64,000 nucleotides of DNA. It comes from Marispirochaeta sp. (lineage in GTDB: Bacteria > Spirochaetota > Spirochaetia > JC444 > Marispirochaetaceae). The notes under the pieces were generated by a model. It was not told where the DNA came from. It did no database searches and was given only the letters and a program-made list of their open reading frames with translations. How positions within the stretch are numbered: position 1 is the stretch's first letter; each line of letters opens with the position of its first letter. The stretch covers positions 224,001 to 288,000 of the forward strand of contig CAXXFF010000002.1 of the NCBI GenBank assembly GCA_963676835.2, written 5' to 3'. This document shows, piece by piece, positions 39,279 through 48,243 of this stretch. A program made the translations under genes and the position numbers.

Positions 39279-41614
39279 TGCAGCTTCGGGAACTGGCAGA
39301 CAGAGCACGAAAGGCTTTTCTTCTCCGGGATCTTGAAACCTCCGAGCAGTTTGTTCTGCAGATGGCGGATCAGGCTCCCGGCCACCCGGGGATTTTTCTG
39401 TTTCTCGGCAATATCTATACTGCCATGGAAAAATTCAACAAAGCCATTCAGGCCTATCAACAGTCAATTGAACTTGATCCCGACAACCCGGAAGCCCATA
39501 ACAATATCGGCATTGTCTACCGCAGGGAAGAAAATTTCCCCGCCGCTGTGGGGGCCCTGGAACAGGCGAGAAAACTTGCACCCCAGAGAGCGGATATCTG
39601 GTACAACCTGGCAAATGTCTACAAACAGATGGAAGACCCCGATGAAGCCGAGGTCTACTACCGCAAGGCACTGGAACTGGATCCAAACCTTACCCGGGCC
39701 TTTAATAACCTGGGAAATCTGTATGAAACCCGGGGAATGCACGACCAGGCGAAAGAGCTTTACCGCCGGGGGCTGAAGAACGACCCCAACAACCCTACCT
39801 TAAGCTACAATCTGGGGATTACCTACCAGTCCATGGGCAAAGCACCGGAAGCAATCCGTTCATACCGGCAGGCACTGCGTTCACGGCCCAACTGGGTGGA
39901 TGGGCTGAATAACCTGGGAATACTGCTGGAAGAGACCGGAGAGTATGAGGAAGCCCGGCAGATGCTGGAAAGCGCTCTGAAGGTTGATTCCTCCAACCCC
40001 AGGATCAAAAATAATCTCGGTGTTGTTCTTGGTGCTATCGGGGATCACGAAAAAGCCAGGGAATACCTTCAGCAGGCAGTTAAAGCGGACCCGACCTACA
40101 CCACGGCGGTTATCAATCTGACCACAGAGATGGAGGAGCTCAACGATTCGGAAGGTGCCTGGGAAGAGCTTCAGCGGGTAAAGGCTGAAGAACCTTCCAA
40201 CCTGGAAATCCGCGAAAAAATCGCCAGGATTGCAGTCAAAAACGGAAAGCACAAACAGGCCAGGGAAGAAATTCGTTTTATCCTGGACCATAACCCCAAG
40301 GCAGGCTTTGCCTGGGCCCTGCTGGGGGATCTTTCCCTTGCAACAGGTAACCGCACAAAGGCCAGAGAAGCCTACAGCCGGGCCATAAACCTTTCTCCCG
40401 AAGATACTGACACGGCCCTCAACCTGGCCCTTCTGTATAAAGAGCTGAAAGAGTACAACCAGGCAATCGCCGTGGTAAGCGGTATCCTGGGTAAAAATCC
40501 CCGTCACTCCGGAGCACGGCTTCTTTTAGGAAAACTCTACCTGTACGAAAATCTCTACACGGAAGCACTGAGTATACTCTCGACCCTGTATGAAGATTTT
40601 CCCTACGACGAGGAACTGCTGGAAACGCTTATACGGGCACACCGGGGAGCGGGAAATAAAGAAGAGGCCCTGCGTTTTACCGAAGAGCTTATAAACCAGC
40701 AGGGACAGCGGGACAAGACACTGGACCTGGACAAGCTGGAACAGACCCTGGCCCTCTATGAAGAGACCGTCGAAGCCTACGCTGATGAACACGAACGCCG
40801 CTGGGAAGAGAACCTCAAACTGCTGATGAACAGCACAGAAACCGAAGCGGAACCGGAAGAGGTCCACGAAGAAGACAGCCTCTTTTTTGACAATATTCCT
40901 GATCTCGACCAGCCTGCGGAGATTATCGATGTGGGCGGCATAGAGCCGGTAATTGTCATCAACGAAGATGAGGAACGGCTGCGGCTGAAAGAGATGGAAG
41001 AGGAAATTCTCTCTCCACCGCCTGACTTCGAGAAGGAAGAGGAAGAAAAAAAACCGGCACCGCAAGCCCCGCCGGCTGCTCCGGCGGAAACCGGGGATTC
41101 AGGCTTTCCCGGAACCATCAATGTGAATGTGCAGAATCCGCCTCCTACCAACCGTATAGAGCTCGGTCTGTTACCAATCCCCGGATTGCGGACCCGCATC
41201 CGCCGCCATTTCTCCAGGAAAGGCCGTAAAGCAGATGAGGCAATGGAAGAGCTTCTTCCCGAAGAGGAAGAAACTCCGGCAGATTTGCTTCGCTACCTGG
41301 AGGATCTCACGGAATTTCTGCCCGAAGACAAACGGAAGGATTTTGAACAGAGCGAAATGCGTCTGCGCATGGAAGCCCTCCTGGACAGACTTGAAGGAAA
41401 ACCCACATTGAGACAACAGGCTGAAACAATGCAGCAAGAACCTGATCAGGAGAGTCCTGAAATCAGCTTGAATCCCGAGTCAATCAGCAGTACCCTCTCC
41501 TTTATGGGAGATCTTTCAACCTACCTTCCAGATCCGGACATTGGTGTTGCCCTGCATCACAAAATTGCCGATATACTGAAAACTATGAAGCGAGACAGCC
41601 ATGGAATCACATAA
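39278..41614 (+). CDS. Tetratricopeptide repeat protein with acidic/Pro-rich C-terminal region
   Basis: About 12 TPRs (AHNNIG, AFNNLG, YNLG, LNNLG); no signal peptide. Confidence 0.9.
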   Translation: MQLRELADRARKAFLLRDLETSEQFVLQMADQAPGHPGIFLFLGNIYTAMEKFNKAIQAYQQSIELDPDNPEAHNNIGIVYRREENFPAAVGALEQARKLAPQRADIWYNLANVYKQMEDPDEAEVYYRKALELDPNLTRAFNNLGNLYETRGMHDQAKELYRRGLKNDPNNPTLSYNLGITYQSMGKAPEAIRSYRQALRSRPNWVDGLNNLGILLEETGEYEEARQMLESALKVDSSNPRIKNNLGVVLGAIGDHEKAREYLQQAVKADPTYTTAVINLTTEMEELNDSEGAWEELQRVKAEEPSNLEIREKIARIAVKNGKHKQAREEIRFILDHNPKAGFAWALLGDLSLATGNRTKAREAYSRAINLSPEDTDTALNLALLYKELKEYNQAIAVVSGILGKNPRHSGARLLLGKLYLYENLYTEALSILSTLYEDFPYDEELLETLIRAHRGAGNKEEALRFTEELINQQGQRDKTLDLDKLEQTLALYEETVEAYADEHERRWEENLKLLMNSTETEAEPEEVHEEDSLFFDNIPDLDQPAEIIDVGGIEPVIVINEDEERLRLKEMEEEILSPPPDFEKEEEEKKPAPQAPPAAPAETGDSGFPGTINVNVQNPPPTNRIELGLLPIPGLRTRIRRHFSRKGRKADEAMEELLPEEEETPADLLRYLEDLTEFLPEDKRKDFEQSEMRLRMEALLDRLEGKPTLRQQAETMQQEPDQESPEISLNPESISSTLSFMGDLSTYLPDPDIGVALHHKIADILKTMKRDSHGIT

Positions 41615-42476
41615 AAAAAACTATCTCTACGCCCTGAAAGTCTACATCGACAAAATGCCAAGTCTCCCGACCAGTGTGACTAAAATTCTTGAGATATCCA
41701 ACGACAAGGACGCCTCCCCTGCCGACCTTAACCAGGTAATCAGCCTGGATCCGGTTCTCATGGGAAAGGTGATGAAACTTATAAACTCAGCCTATTACGG
41801 ACTCTCCCAGGAAATAACCTCCCTGGTACGGGCCATTATCATGCTGGGAATAAACACTGTAAAAAACCTGGCCCTGAGTACTGCCGTACTTGCGAACTTG
41901 GGTAAAGGATCTTCCGAAAAGGGGCTGAACATGGACGGCTTCTGGCGGCACAGCCTCTGCGTAGGAGTTACCGCCAAGCTGATCGCCCGGAAACTGAAAG
42001 TGGATCCCAAAAGGCTGGAAGAGTATTTTATGGCGGGGCTTCTCCACGATATTGGCAAAATCCCCCTGAACAACCGCCTTGCCGATCCCTATGTTCAGTC
42101 CATGCAGAAAGCGGATATACAGCACGTGCCCCTCATTCAGGCGGAAAAAGAGGTGATAGGCCTGCACCACTGCGAAGTAGCAAAAATTATCCTGCAGCGC
42201 TGGAAACTCAACCAGGAAATACAGGATGCTGTAACCTATCACCATGCCCCGTTAAGCTATGAAGGCTCAAACCGCTCCATAGTATTTGCGGTAACCGCAG
42301 CCAACTATTTTGCCAACTCCTTTGAAATAGGCTTTGCCGGCGACCGGTATCCCTTGAAAGTACCTCCCGAGGTTTTTAAAGAGATCGGGGTCTCCATGGA
42401 CTGGTTTGACGACATAGAAGAACAGGTAAACAGCGAAATAGAAAAAGCGCGTATTTTTCTTAAAATTGCTACCTGA
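41601..42476 (+). CDS. HDOD domain protein
   Basis: PSLP, DPVL..K..KLINSAYYG, FWRHS, AGLLHDIGK, HH. Confidence 0.92.
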   Translation: MESHKKNYLYALKVYIDKMPSLPTSVTKILEISNDKDASPADLNQVISLDPVLMGKVMKLINSAYYGLSQEITSLVRAIIMLGINTVKNLALSTAVLANLGKGSSEKGLNMDGFWRHSLCVGVTAKLIARKLKVDPKRLEEYFMAGLLHDIGKIPLNNRLADPYVQSMQKADIQHVPLIQAEKEVIGLHHCEVAKIILQRWKLNQEIQDAVTYHHAPLSYEGSNRSIVFAVTAANYFANSFEIGFAGDRYPLKVPPEVFKEIGVSMDWFDDIEEQVNSEIEKARIFLKIAT

Positions 42477-42519
42477 GATACCTGCAATAATGAGGTAAGG
42501 TAACAAGAGGACATTTTTT

Positions 42520-43446
42520 ATGATGAAGTTACGTTTTTGGGGTGTCCGGGGCTCGATCCCCTGCCCGGGAGAAACTACCGTAGGCTATGGTGGAAATACC
42601 GCCTGTATTGAACTGCGGGTGGGAACAGAAGAAAAGCTCTATATAATAGATGCAGGTTCCGGTATACGGTCTCTGGGTAACTATCTGATGCAGCATGATC
42701 TCCCTAAAGGCCCCATAGATACCTCCATCTTCCTCTCACATACCCACTGGGACCATATAATGGGCTTTCCCTTTTTTGTTCCCATATTTATTCCCAGTTC
42801 GCGCATCAAAATTTACGGCCCCGTCACCTACGAAGAAGAAGGTCTCGCGGAAATTGTAGGAGGACAGCTTTCCTACCGGTATTTCCCGGTAAAACACTCC
42901 GAGCTTGCGGCAAACATAAGCTATCACCCCATGCGTGAGAGCTCCCTGGACCTGGGCGAAGGTCTCTGGCTGACCACCAAATACCTGAACCATCCCATCC
43001 TCTGCCTGGGATACCGTTTTGAATACCAGGGGAAGGTAATATGTACCGCCTACGATACGGAGCCCTTCCGCAATGTGTTCCCCACAAACCCGGATGATCC
43101 CGGATACGACCCAATTGCCGCAGAAGAGGGAGAACGGGCGGCAGCGGAGGAAAACGAAAAGGTCCTGCGCTTTTTTCAGGGAGCAGACCTGCTCATCCAC
43201 GATACCCAGTATACCCAGCAGGAGTATCTGGATTCAAAGCTGGGCTGGGGACATTCAACCTTTGAATACGCAATAAACAACGCACACAAGGCCGGAGTCA
43301 AACACCTCGTGCTCTTCCATCACGATCCCATGCGCACCGATGCCCAGCTGGACTCCCTGATTGATGATTACCGTTCCCGGATCAAAGGCAAAACCAACAT
43401 GAAGATTGAAGGCGCCCGGGAAGGAATGGAAATAATTCTGGACTAA
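42520..43446 (+). CDS. MBL-fold metallohydrolase (RNase Z/phosphodiesterase-like)
   Basis: FWGVRGS, YGGNTAC, DAGSG, SHTHWDH, HP, WGHS, FHHDP. Confidence 0.9.
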   Translation: MMKLRFWGVRGSIPCPGETTVGYGGNTACIELRVGTEEKLYIIDAGSGIRSLGNYLMQHDLPKGPIDTSIFLSHTHWDHIMGFPFFVPIFIPSSRIKIYGPVTYEEEGLAEIVGGQLSYRYFPVKHSELAANISYHPMRESSLDLGEGLWLTTKYLNHPILCLGYRFEYQGKVICTAYDTEPFRNVFPTNPDDPGYDPIAAEEGERAAAEENEKVLRFFQGADLLIHDTQYTQQEYLDSKLGWGHSTFEYAINNAHKAGVKHLVLFHHDPMRTDAQLDSLIDDYRSRIKGKTNMKIEGAREGMEIILD

Positions 43447-43459
43447 GGAGCCGACTGTT

Positions 43460-45982
43460 ATGCCCAATCGTCCCCCGGAACGCTATGAGCCGGGAGAACT
43501 CGACCGCACCCGCAGCAATCTCGGCAATCTCACAGAGGACGAAGCCCGGGAAATGGCACGGGTCCTCAATGGTGAGATAGGCGTTGAACGGGCAGCCCCG
43601 GCAATTCAGGAGCAGTACCGCAGGCTTCAGCAGCTGAACCGCCGGAACGGCGAAACAGTTATCTATAACACCCCCCGCAAAAGCGGAACAGAGCAGCTGT
43701 CCCGTCAGAAAACTGCAAAAGCGGTAAAAGCCATAAGCGAACGGCAGCCCGGTTTTTTTGACCGGGTACGCACCAATTTCTGGGCAGCATCATCTTCGCA
43801 TACTATCATTCCCCGGCTCCACGCCATGGGCAGCCTGGTTTCCTTCATTGTGCCGATTCACGAACGCCTTCATCCCGGGTTTATCCTCAAGGGGGACAGA
43901 ATATTCTATGGGCACCTGGAACGATTTGTTCTGGCAGTCCGCTCTCTGATGTCTATAAACCGCAGAGAAGAGGTTCCGTCCCTCATGGATGCTTACAGTC
44001 TTAAAGTACTGTCACTGCTTCGACAGTGGGATATAGAAACGGTTCACCGGGAACTCAGCGTGCTGCAGCGTTCCCCCAGAAATCAACCGGTTGAATCGGC
44101 GGTACGGCTCTGTAAAGCCCTCTACCGGCCCATGTTCCAGCTGTCATCCCTTGATCCGTCTCAGCATATTATTCCCATTATCAAACGCCTTTTTGATCTG
44201 GACCTCATGGCCTACCCCCCGGACTCCCGGGAAGCGGATAAGATAAAACAGATTGGCATAACCCTGAAGAATGAGCTGTTTCACCTTTTTTTCGACGTAA
44301 AACGCTCCTGCGCCCCCCTGCTGGTAAAGCTTTCGGCAATACCCTACGCACCGTATCCGGAGGTCTTTGATTACTACAGAACCAGAATCCTGAAATTTCT
44401 GGAACTGGATGCCGGAGATCTGATTCCCCTGGAATCAGACAACCTTGAAGGCGACATCCTGCTGGATGAGAATGAACCGGAAGATGAAGAACCTGTTGAA
44501 GCGGAGACCGCAGGGGACGGGGAAGCTGAAGAAACAAGCGAATCTTTTTTACCGGAAGGCATCCCCGAAGCCTACGAGTTTCTGGGCAGGATGTTCCCGC
44601 AAAGCGGGCTTGAACGGCCGGAGAACTTTCCAGACCTCTTCAGTTATTTCAAACCGATAGTCAGCTTCCAGAAAAATACCGATCTTTTTCATCCGGAAAA
44701 TCCTGTTCATCAGGTGGCAGTTCTCCTGGCAATCCTTCAGGATATGCTCTACGGATTCCGTCAGATCATTTTTTCGGAAATAATGGATGAAGATGAAAAT
44801 GCCCGGGAAATACAGAGCGAGATTGACCAGCACCTGGCCCGCTGGCACCGTCTTCTGGACGAACTGGTCTGCGGCCGGATCCTCACCGAACTGGTGGATT
44901 ACTGCAGGCAGATAGAGCGGTCTCCCGATTACCGCAGCAGTGAAACCGGCCTGAAACAGGAAAACAGTATCCGGGTACGAATTCAGCAGAGCATCCTGCC
45001 CCATCTTGATGTGCCGGCCATACGACTGGGAAACCGGGGCAACGACCGGGGTCTGCCGGAACTTTACCTGGCGGTGGCGGAGTTCCATCGCCTGCTGAAA
45101 GATACTCTGTATACCGATCCGGAGACCGGCAAATCAGGCATGCGCAACCCCAGCTCTCCATTCCATTTTGAGATTGAGAATTTCATCACATCCCGATTCC
45201 GCAGATATCTGCGCAAGAAAGGGCTTCCCCAGGACAACCGCCATCTGGTTTGCTACACCAGCCTGCTTCTGGGGCTGCTGGATTATCTTCTGAACAGTCC
45301 GGTGAGTCATCTCTACAAAACATCGCACTTTCCTCTCTACCGCTTTGAAAAGGGCCATAAAGAGATTCCCATTTATTCTGTTCAGGAACTTCAGACAGAG
45401 AGAATAATCGAAAGCAGTGATATTGAACTAACCCCTCCGGAAGAGTTCCTTGAAGGGGGCGGACAGAAGAGCCGGGATAAGGTTTCCGGTCTGCATAAAA
45501 GCCGACTGTACCCGGAAAAAATAAAAGCCGCCGTTGAAGAGTTTCACGATTCAGGCAAGCAGGTGAGTATCGCAATAATTTCCATTCCGGAGTTGAGAAT
45601 TCTTGAGCCGGGAACCAGGGACGATAACCTCAGGGTGATCGGTCATACAATCCGGGGCGAAATCCGTGAGTATTCAGATATTCCCTTCCGCCTTGATGAC
45701 GACACCATTCCTGTTGTACTGCCGGAAACAGACAGCGCCAGTGCGGTTCTCTTCTGCAAGCGGCTTATTTTAGCTGTTCAGAAAAAGCTCCCCCAGACAG
45801 GGGTCCATATAGGGGTAGCAAGCTATCACCCCACCTGGAGTGCCGGCAAGTTCATTAAAACCGCTGCACGGACAGCCGCAGAAGCTGAACGCCGCAAGGC
45901 ACCGGTTATACTGGTCTATCAGGAAGCGGATGCATCTTTTGAGGAGGTCATTATGCAGAAGAGACCTTCAAACGGGGCTTGA
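43460..45982 (+). CDS. Large hypothetical protein with C-terminal degenerate GGDEF-like domain
   Basis: C-terminal DKVSGL...IREYSDIPFRLDDDTIPVVLPET...VHIGVASY fits the GGDEF fold but lacks GG(D/E)EF. Confidence 0.6.
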   Translation: MPNRPPERYEPGELDRTRSNLGNLTEDEAREMARVLNGEIGVERAAPAIQEQYRRLQQLNRRNGETVIYNTPRKSGTEQLSRQKTAKAVKAISERQPGFFDRVRTNFWAASSSHTIIPRLHAMGSLVSFIVPIHERLHPGFILKGDRIFYGHLERFVLAVRSLMSINRREEVPSLMDAYSLKVLSLLRQWDIETVHRELSVLQRSPRNQPVESAVRLCKALYRPMFQLSSLDPSQHIIPIIKRLFDLDLMAYPPDSREADKIKQIGITLKNELFHLFFDVKRSCAPLLVKLSAIPYAPYPEVFDYYRTRILKFLELDAGDLIPLESDNLEGDILLDENEPEDEEPVEAETAGDGEAEETSESFLPEGIPEAYEFLGRMFPQSGLERPENFPDLFSYFKPIVSFQKNTDLFHPENPVHQVAVLLAILQDMLYGFRQIIFSEIMDEDENAREIQSEIDQHLARWHRLLDELVCGRILTELVDYCRQIERSPDYRSSETGLKQENSIRVRIQQSILPHLDVPAIRLGNRGNDRGLPELYLAVAEFHRLLKDTLYTDPETGKSGMRNPSSPFHFEIENFITSRFRRYLRKKGLPQDNRHLVCYTSLLLGLLDYLLNSPVSHLYKTSHFPLYRFEKGHKEIPIYSVQELQTERIIESSDIELTPPEEFLEGGGQKSRDKVSGLHKSRLYPEKIKAAVEEFHDSGKQVSIAIISIPELRILEPGTRDDNLRVIGHTIRGEIREYSDIPFRLDDDTIPVVLPETDSASAVLFCKRLILAVQKKLPQTGVHIGVASYHPTWSAGKFIKTAARTAAEAERRKAPVILVYQEADASFEEVIMQKRPSNGA

Positions 45983-45984
45983 AG

Positions 45985-46821
45985 CTATACCTCCGAGCCC
46001 TTCTCCAGCTTTGCGGTAAACAGTTCCGCTGCGCGACCTTCCAGCCCGTGGGCTTCTCCCCGGGTCATTCTCCTCAAGGCTTCAAGCTCTTCTGATGAGA
46101 ACCGGGCACTGCCGACAATGTAATCCCGGAAAGCCCCGCAGGCGATGGGCGCCACTTTTTCGGTAATTTCAAGAATAGCCTCCGCATAGAGGCGGATTTC
46201 ACGCTGAGCATGAGGGTCCAGCCTCAAACGAAGAAAATGGAAAAGATTATGCAGATCCATCTGCCAATACCATTCGGTATACAGACTGAGAGGAAGGTTT
46301 ATGCGGGCAAGTTCCCGGGCTATGCCGTCATCCAGCAGTTCTGAATACTCTTCGTAGGAACGTTTCTGCCCTTCCGCAAAGAAAGCTCTCACCTTCTCAG
46401 CTTCCGCCGGAGCCAGGGGTTCTTCGGTACGGCCCTGCTTGTTGTTTTCGCTCTGAGCGGAGACATCCTCCGGTGCAGGGACGTAGAACTCATCTTTCAT
46501 TACCGAATAACGTCCTGAAATTTCGTTCAGACGGGCAGTCCGATGCCGTATCCACTGACGGGCGACAAAGATTGGCATCTTTACATGAAAGGTAAGCACC
46601 ACCTGCTCAAAAGGACTGGTATGGTCATTCCGCAGAAGATAGGTGATAAGCCCCTTGTCCTGACGGTAACTTTTGGTGCCTTCACCATAGCTGACCCTGG
46701 CAGCCTGAACTATACGGTCATCGCCTCCCATATAGTCAACCAGCCGGATAAAACCCTTATCCAGAACGGGAAATTCCTTATCCAATATTGCATCTGCTTC
46801 AGCTACGGTACAGCGGGCCAT
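45985..46821 (-). CDS. thyX: FAD-dependent thymidylate synthase
   Basis: HTSPFEQ, RQWIRHRT..NEISGRY, AQREIR. Confidence 0.95.
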   Translation of the reverse strand: MARCTVAEADAILDKEFPVLDKGFIRLVDYMGGDDRIVQAARVSYGEGTKSYRQDKGLITYLLRNDHTSPFEQVVLTFHVKMPIFVARQWIRHRTARLNEISGRYSVMKDEFYVPAPEDVSAQSENNKQGRTEEPLAPAEAEKVRAFFAEGQKRSYEEYSELLDDGIARELARINLPLSLYTEWYWQMDLHNLFHFLRLRLDPHAQREIRLYAEAILEITEKVAPIACGAFRDYIVGSARFSSEELEALRRMTRGEAHGLEGRAAELFTAKLEKGSEV

Positions 46822-46931
46822 TTGATTCCTCGTAATAAAAATGATTACCCACTATACCCCAAATACCATCTTTTTACACCCTATGCGTAAAAACCGTACT
46901 AGGGTAGACTTGCCCCAAGGAGACGATATTA

Positions 46932-47414
46932 ATGAAGATTGCCGAAAATACCGTTGTTACCATGGACTATAAACTTTCTGAAGTCGACGGAGGGATCCTC
47001 GAGCAGAGTGACCCGGATGAAAACTTTGCGTACCTCCACGGGCACGGTCAGCTCCCGGAGAAACTGGAAGCGGAACTTGAGGGCAAAGAGGCAGGAGCAC
47101 ATATTAAACTGAACATGACCCCCGAGGACGGATTCGGCGAGCGGGATGAAAACCAGATTATTACCGTTCCCAGGGACAATTTTCCGGAAGACGAAGAGCT
47201 TACTGAAGGCCTCCAGGTAGAAGCTGAAACCCAGAACGGACACCAGATATTTTCCATTATTAAAATAGAAGACGACACGGTAACCCTGGATGGAAATCAT
47301 CCCTATGCCGGCATGAACCTTACCTTCGAGGTAACCGTCACCGAGATCCGGGAAGCTACAGAATCAGAGCTGGAACACGGCCACGCCCACTCAGGAGATC
47401 ATCATCACCACTAA
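46932..47414 (+). CDS. slyD: FKBP-type peptidyl-prolyl isomerase
   Basis: YLHGHGQL, DGNHPYAG.NLTF, His-rich tail. Confidence 0.92.
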   Translation: MKIAENTVVTMDYKLSEVDGGILEQSDPDENFAYLHGHGQLPEKLEAELEGKEAGAHIKLNMTPEDGFGERDENQIITVPRDNFPEDEELTEGLQVEAETQNGHQIFSIIKIEDDTVTLDGNHPYAGMNLTFEVTVTEIREATESELEHGHAHSGDHHHH

Positions 47415-47509
47415 TATCTGATGAGCCTGTGGATAATCCATACTGACCATACTAAAAGGTGACAAATCCGCCGGACAGGGATGTTGTATAAGAAAAGGAG
47501 TCCATCACA

Positions 47510-48232
47510 ATGCACAGAAAACGGACAGCTCTTTTACTTTTTTCACTCATCCTGCCGGCACTCATTCTGCCCTCTGCCATTTATGCAAAGGGCTCCATGG
47601 ACCGGGATACAGCGGCAGACAGCTTAAGCGGAATTACCCGTGTACGGTTTTCCGCCCCGGGTACCCTTTTTATAAACCAGGGAAGCAGCGAACAGCTGGA
47701 AACAGATCCGGAAAGGCTCAGCTGGAAGTTCCTGGATCTTGAAATTAATGGAAACGAACTGATTATCCGGAAGAAACCGGTACTCTTCAGCTTTACCCGG
47801 CACAGAGTTCAAATCTATCTTACCCTTAAAAATATAGAATCAGTCCTGACTACCGGCCCGGGGGATATAAAGATTGGCACGGTGAAAAGCACCGAGCTTT
47901 TCCTGGGATCAGACTCTTCAGGAGATATTCAGCTTGAGTCCATGGAAGGAGAATTCCTGGATGTAAAACTGACCAGCTCCGGCGACGTCACCGTTCTTTC
48001 CGGGGACGTCACCAGCCAGAGAATCAGCTGTTCCAGCTCCGGCGACTACCGGGGCGAAGGACTCAAAACAAAGACTGCAGAAATAAGCCTCTCAAGCAGT
48101 GGGAACGCCGACATAACAACCAGCACCAGACTCACAGCCAGGCTTTCTTCCTCCGGAGATCTGCGGCTGCAGGGTTCTCCTGTCATAGACTCCCTGGAAC
48201 TGACAAGCTCAGGCAGACTCCGGCGGAACTAG
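47510..48232 (+). CDS. DUF2807 (GIN/beta-helix adhesin-like) secreted protein
   Basis: Signal peptide and repeated SSG(D/N) units. Confidence 0.8.
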   Translation: MHRKRTALLLFSLILPALILPSAIYAKGSMDRDTAADSLSGITRVRFSAPGTLFINQGSSEQLETDPERLSWKFLDLEINGNELIIRKKPVLFSFTRHRVQIYLTLKNIESVLTTGPGDIKIGTVKSTELFLGSDSSGDIQLESMEGEFLDVKLTSSGDVTVLSGDVTSQRISCSSSGDYRGEGLKTKTAEISLSSSGNADITTSTRLTARLSSSGDLRLQGSPVIDSLELTSSGRLRRN

Positions 48233-48243
48233 GCTCCAAAAAA

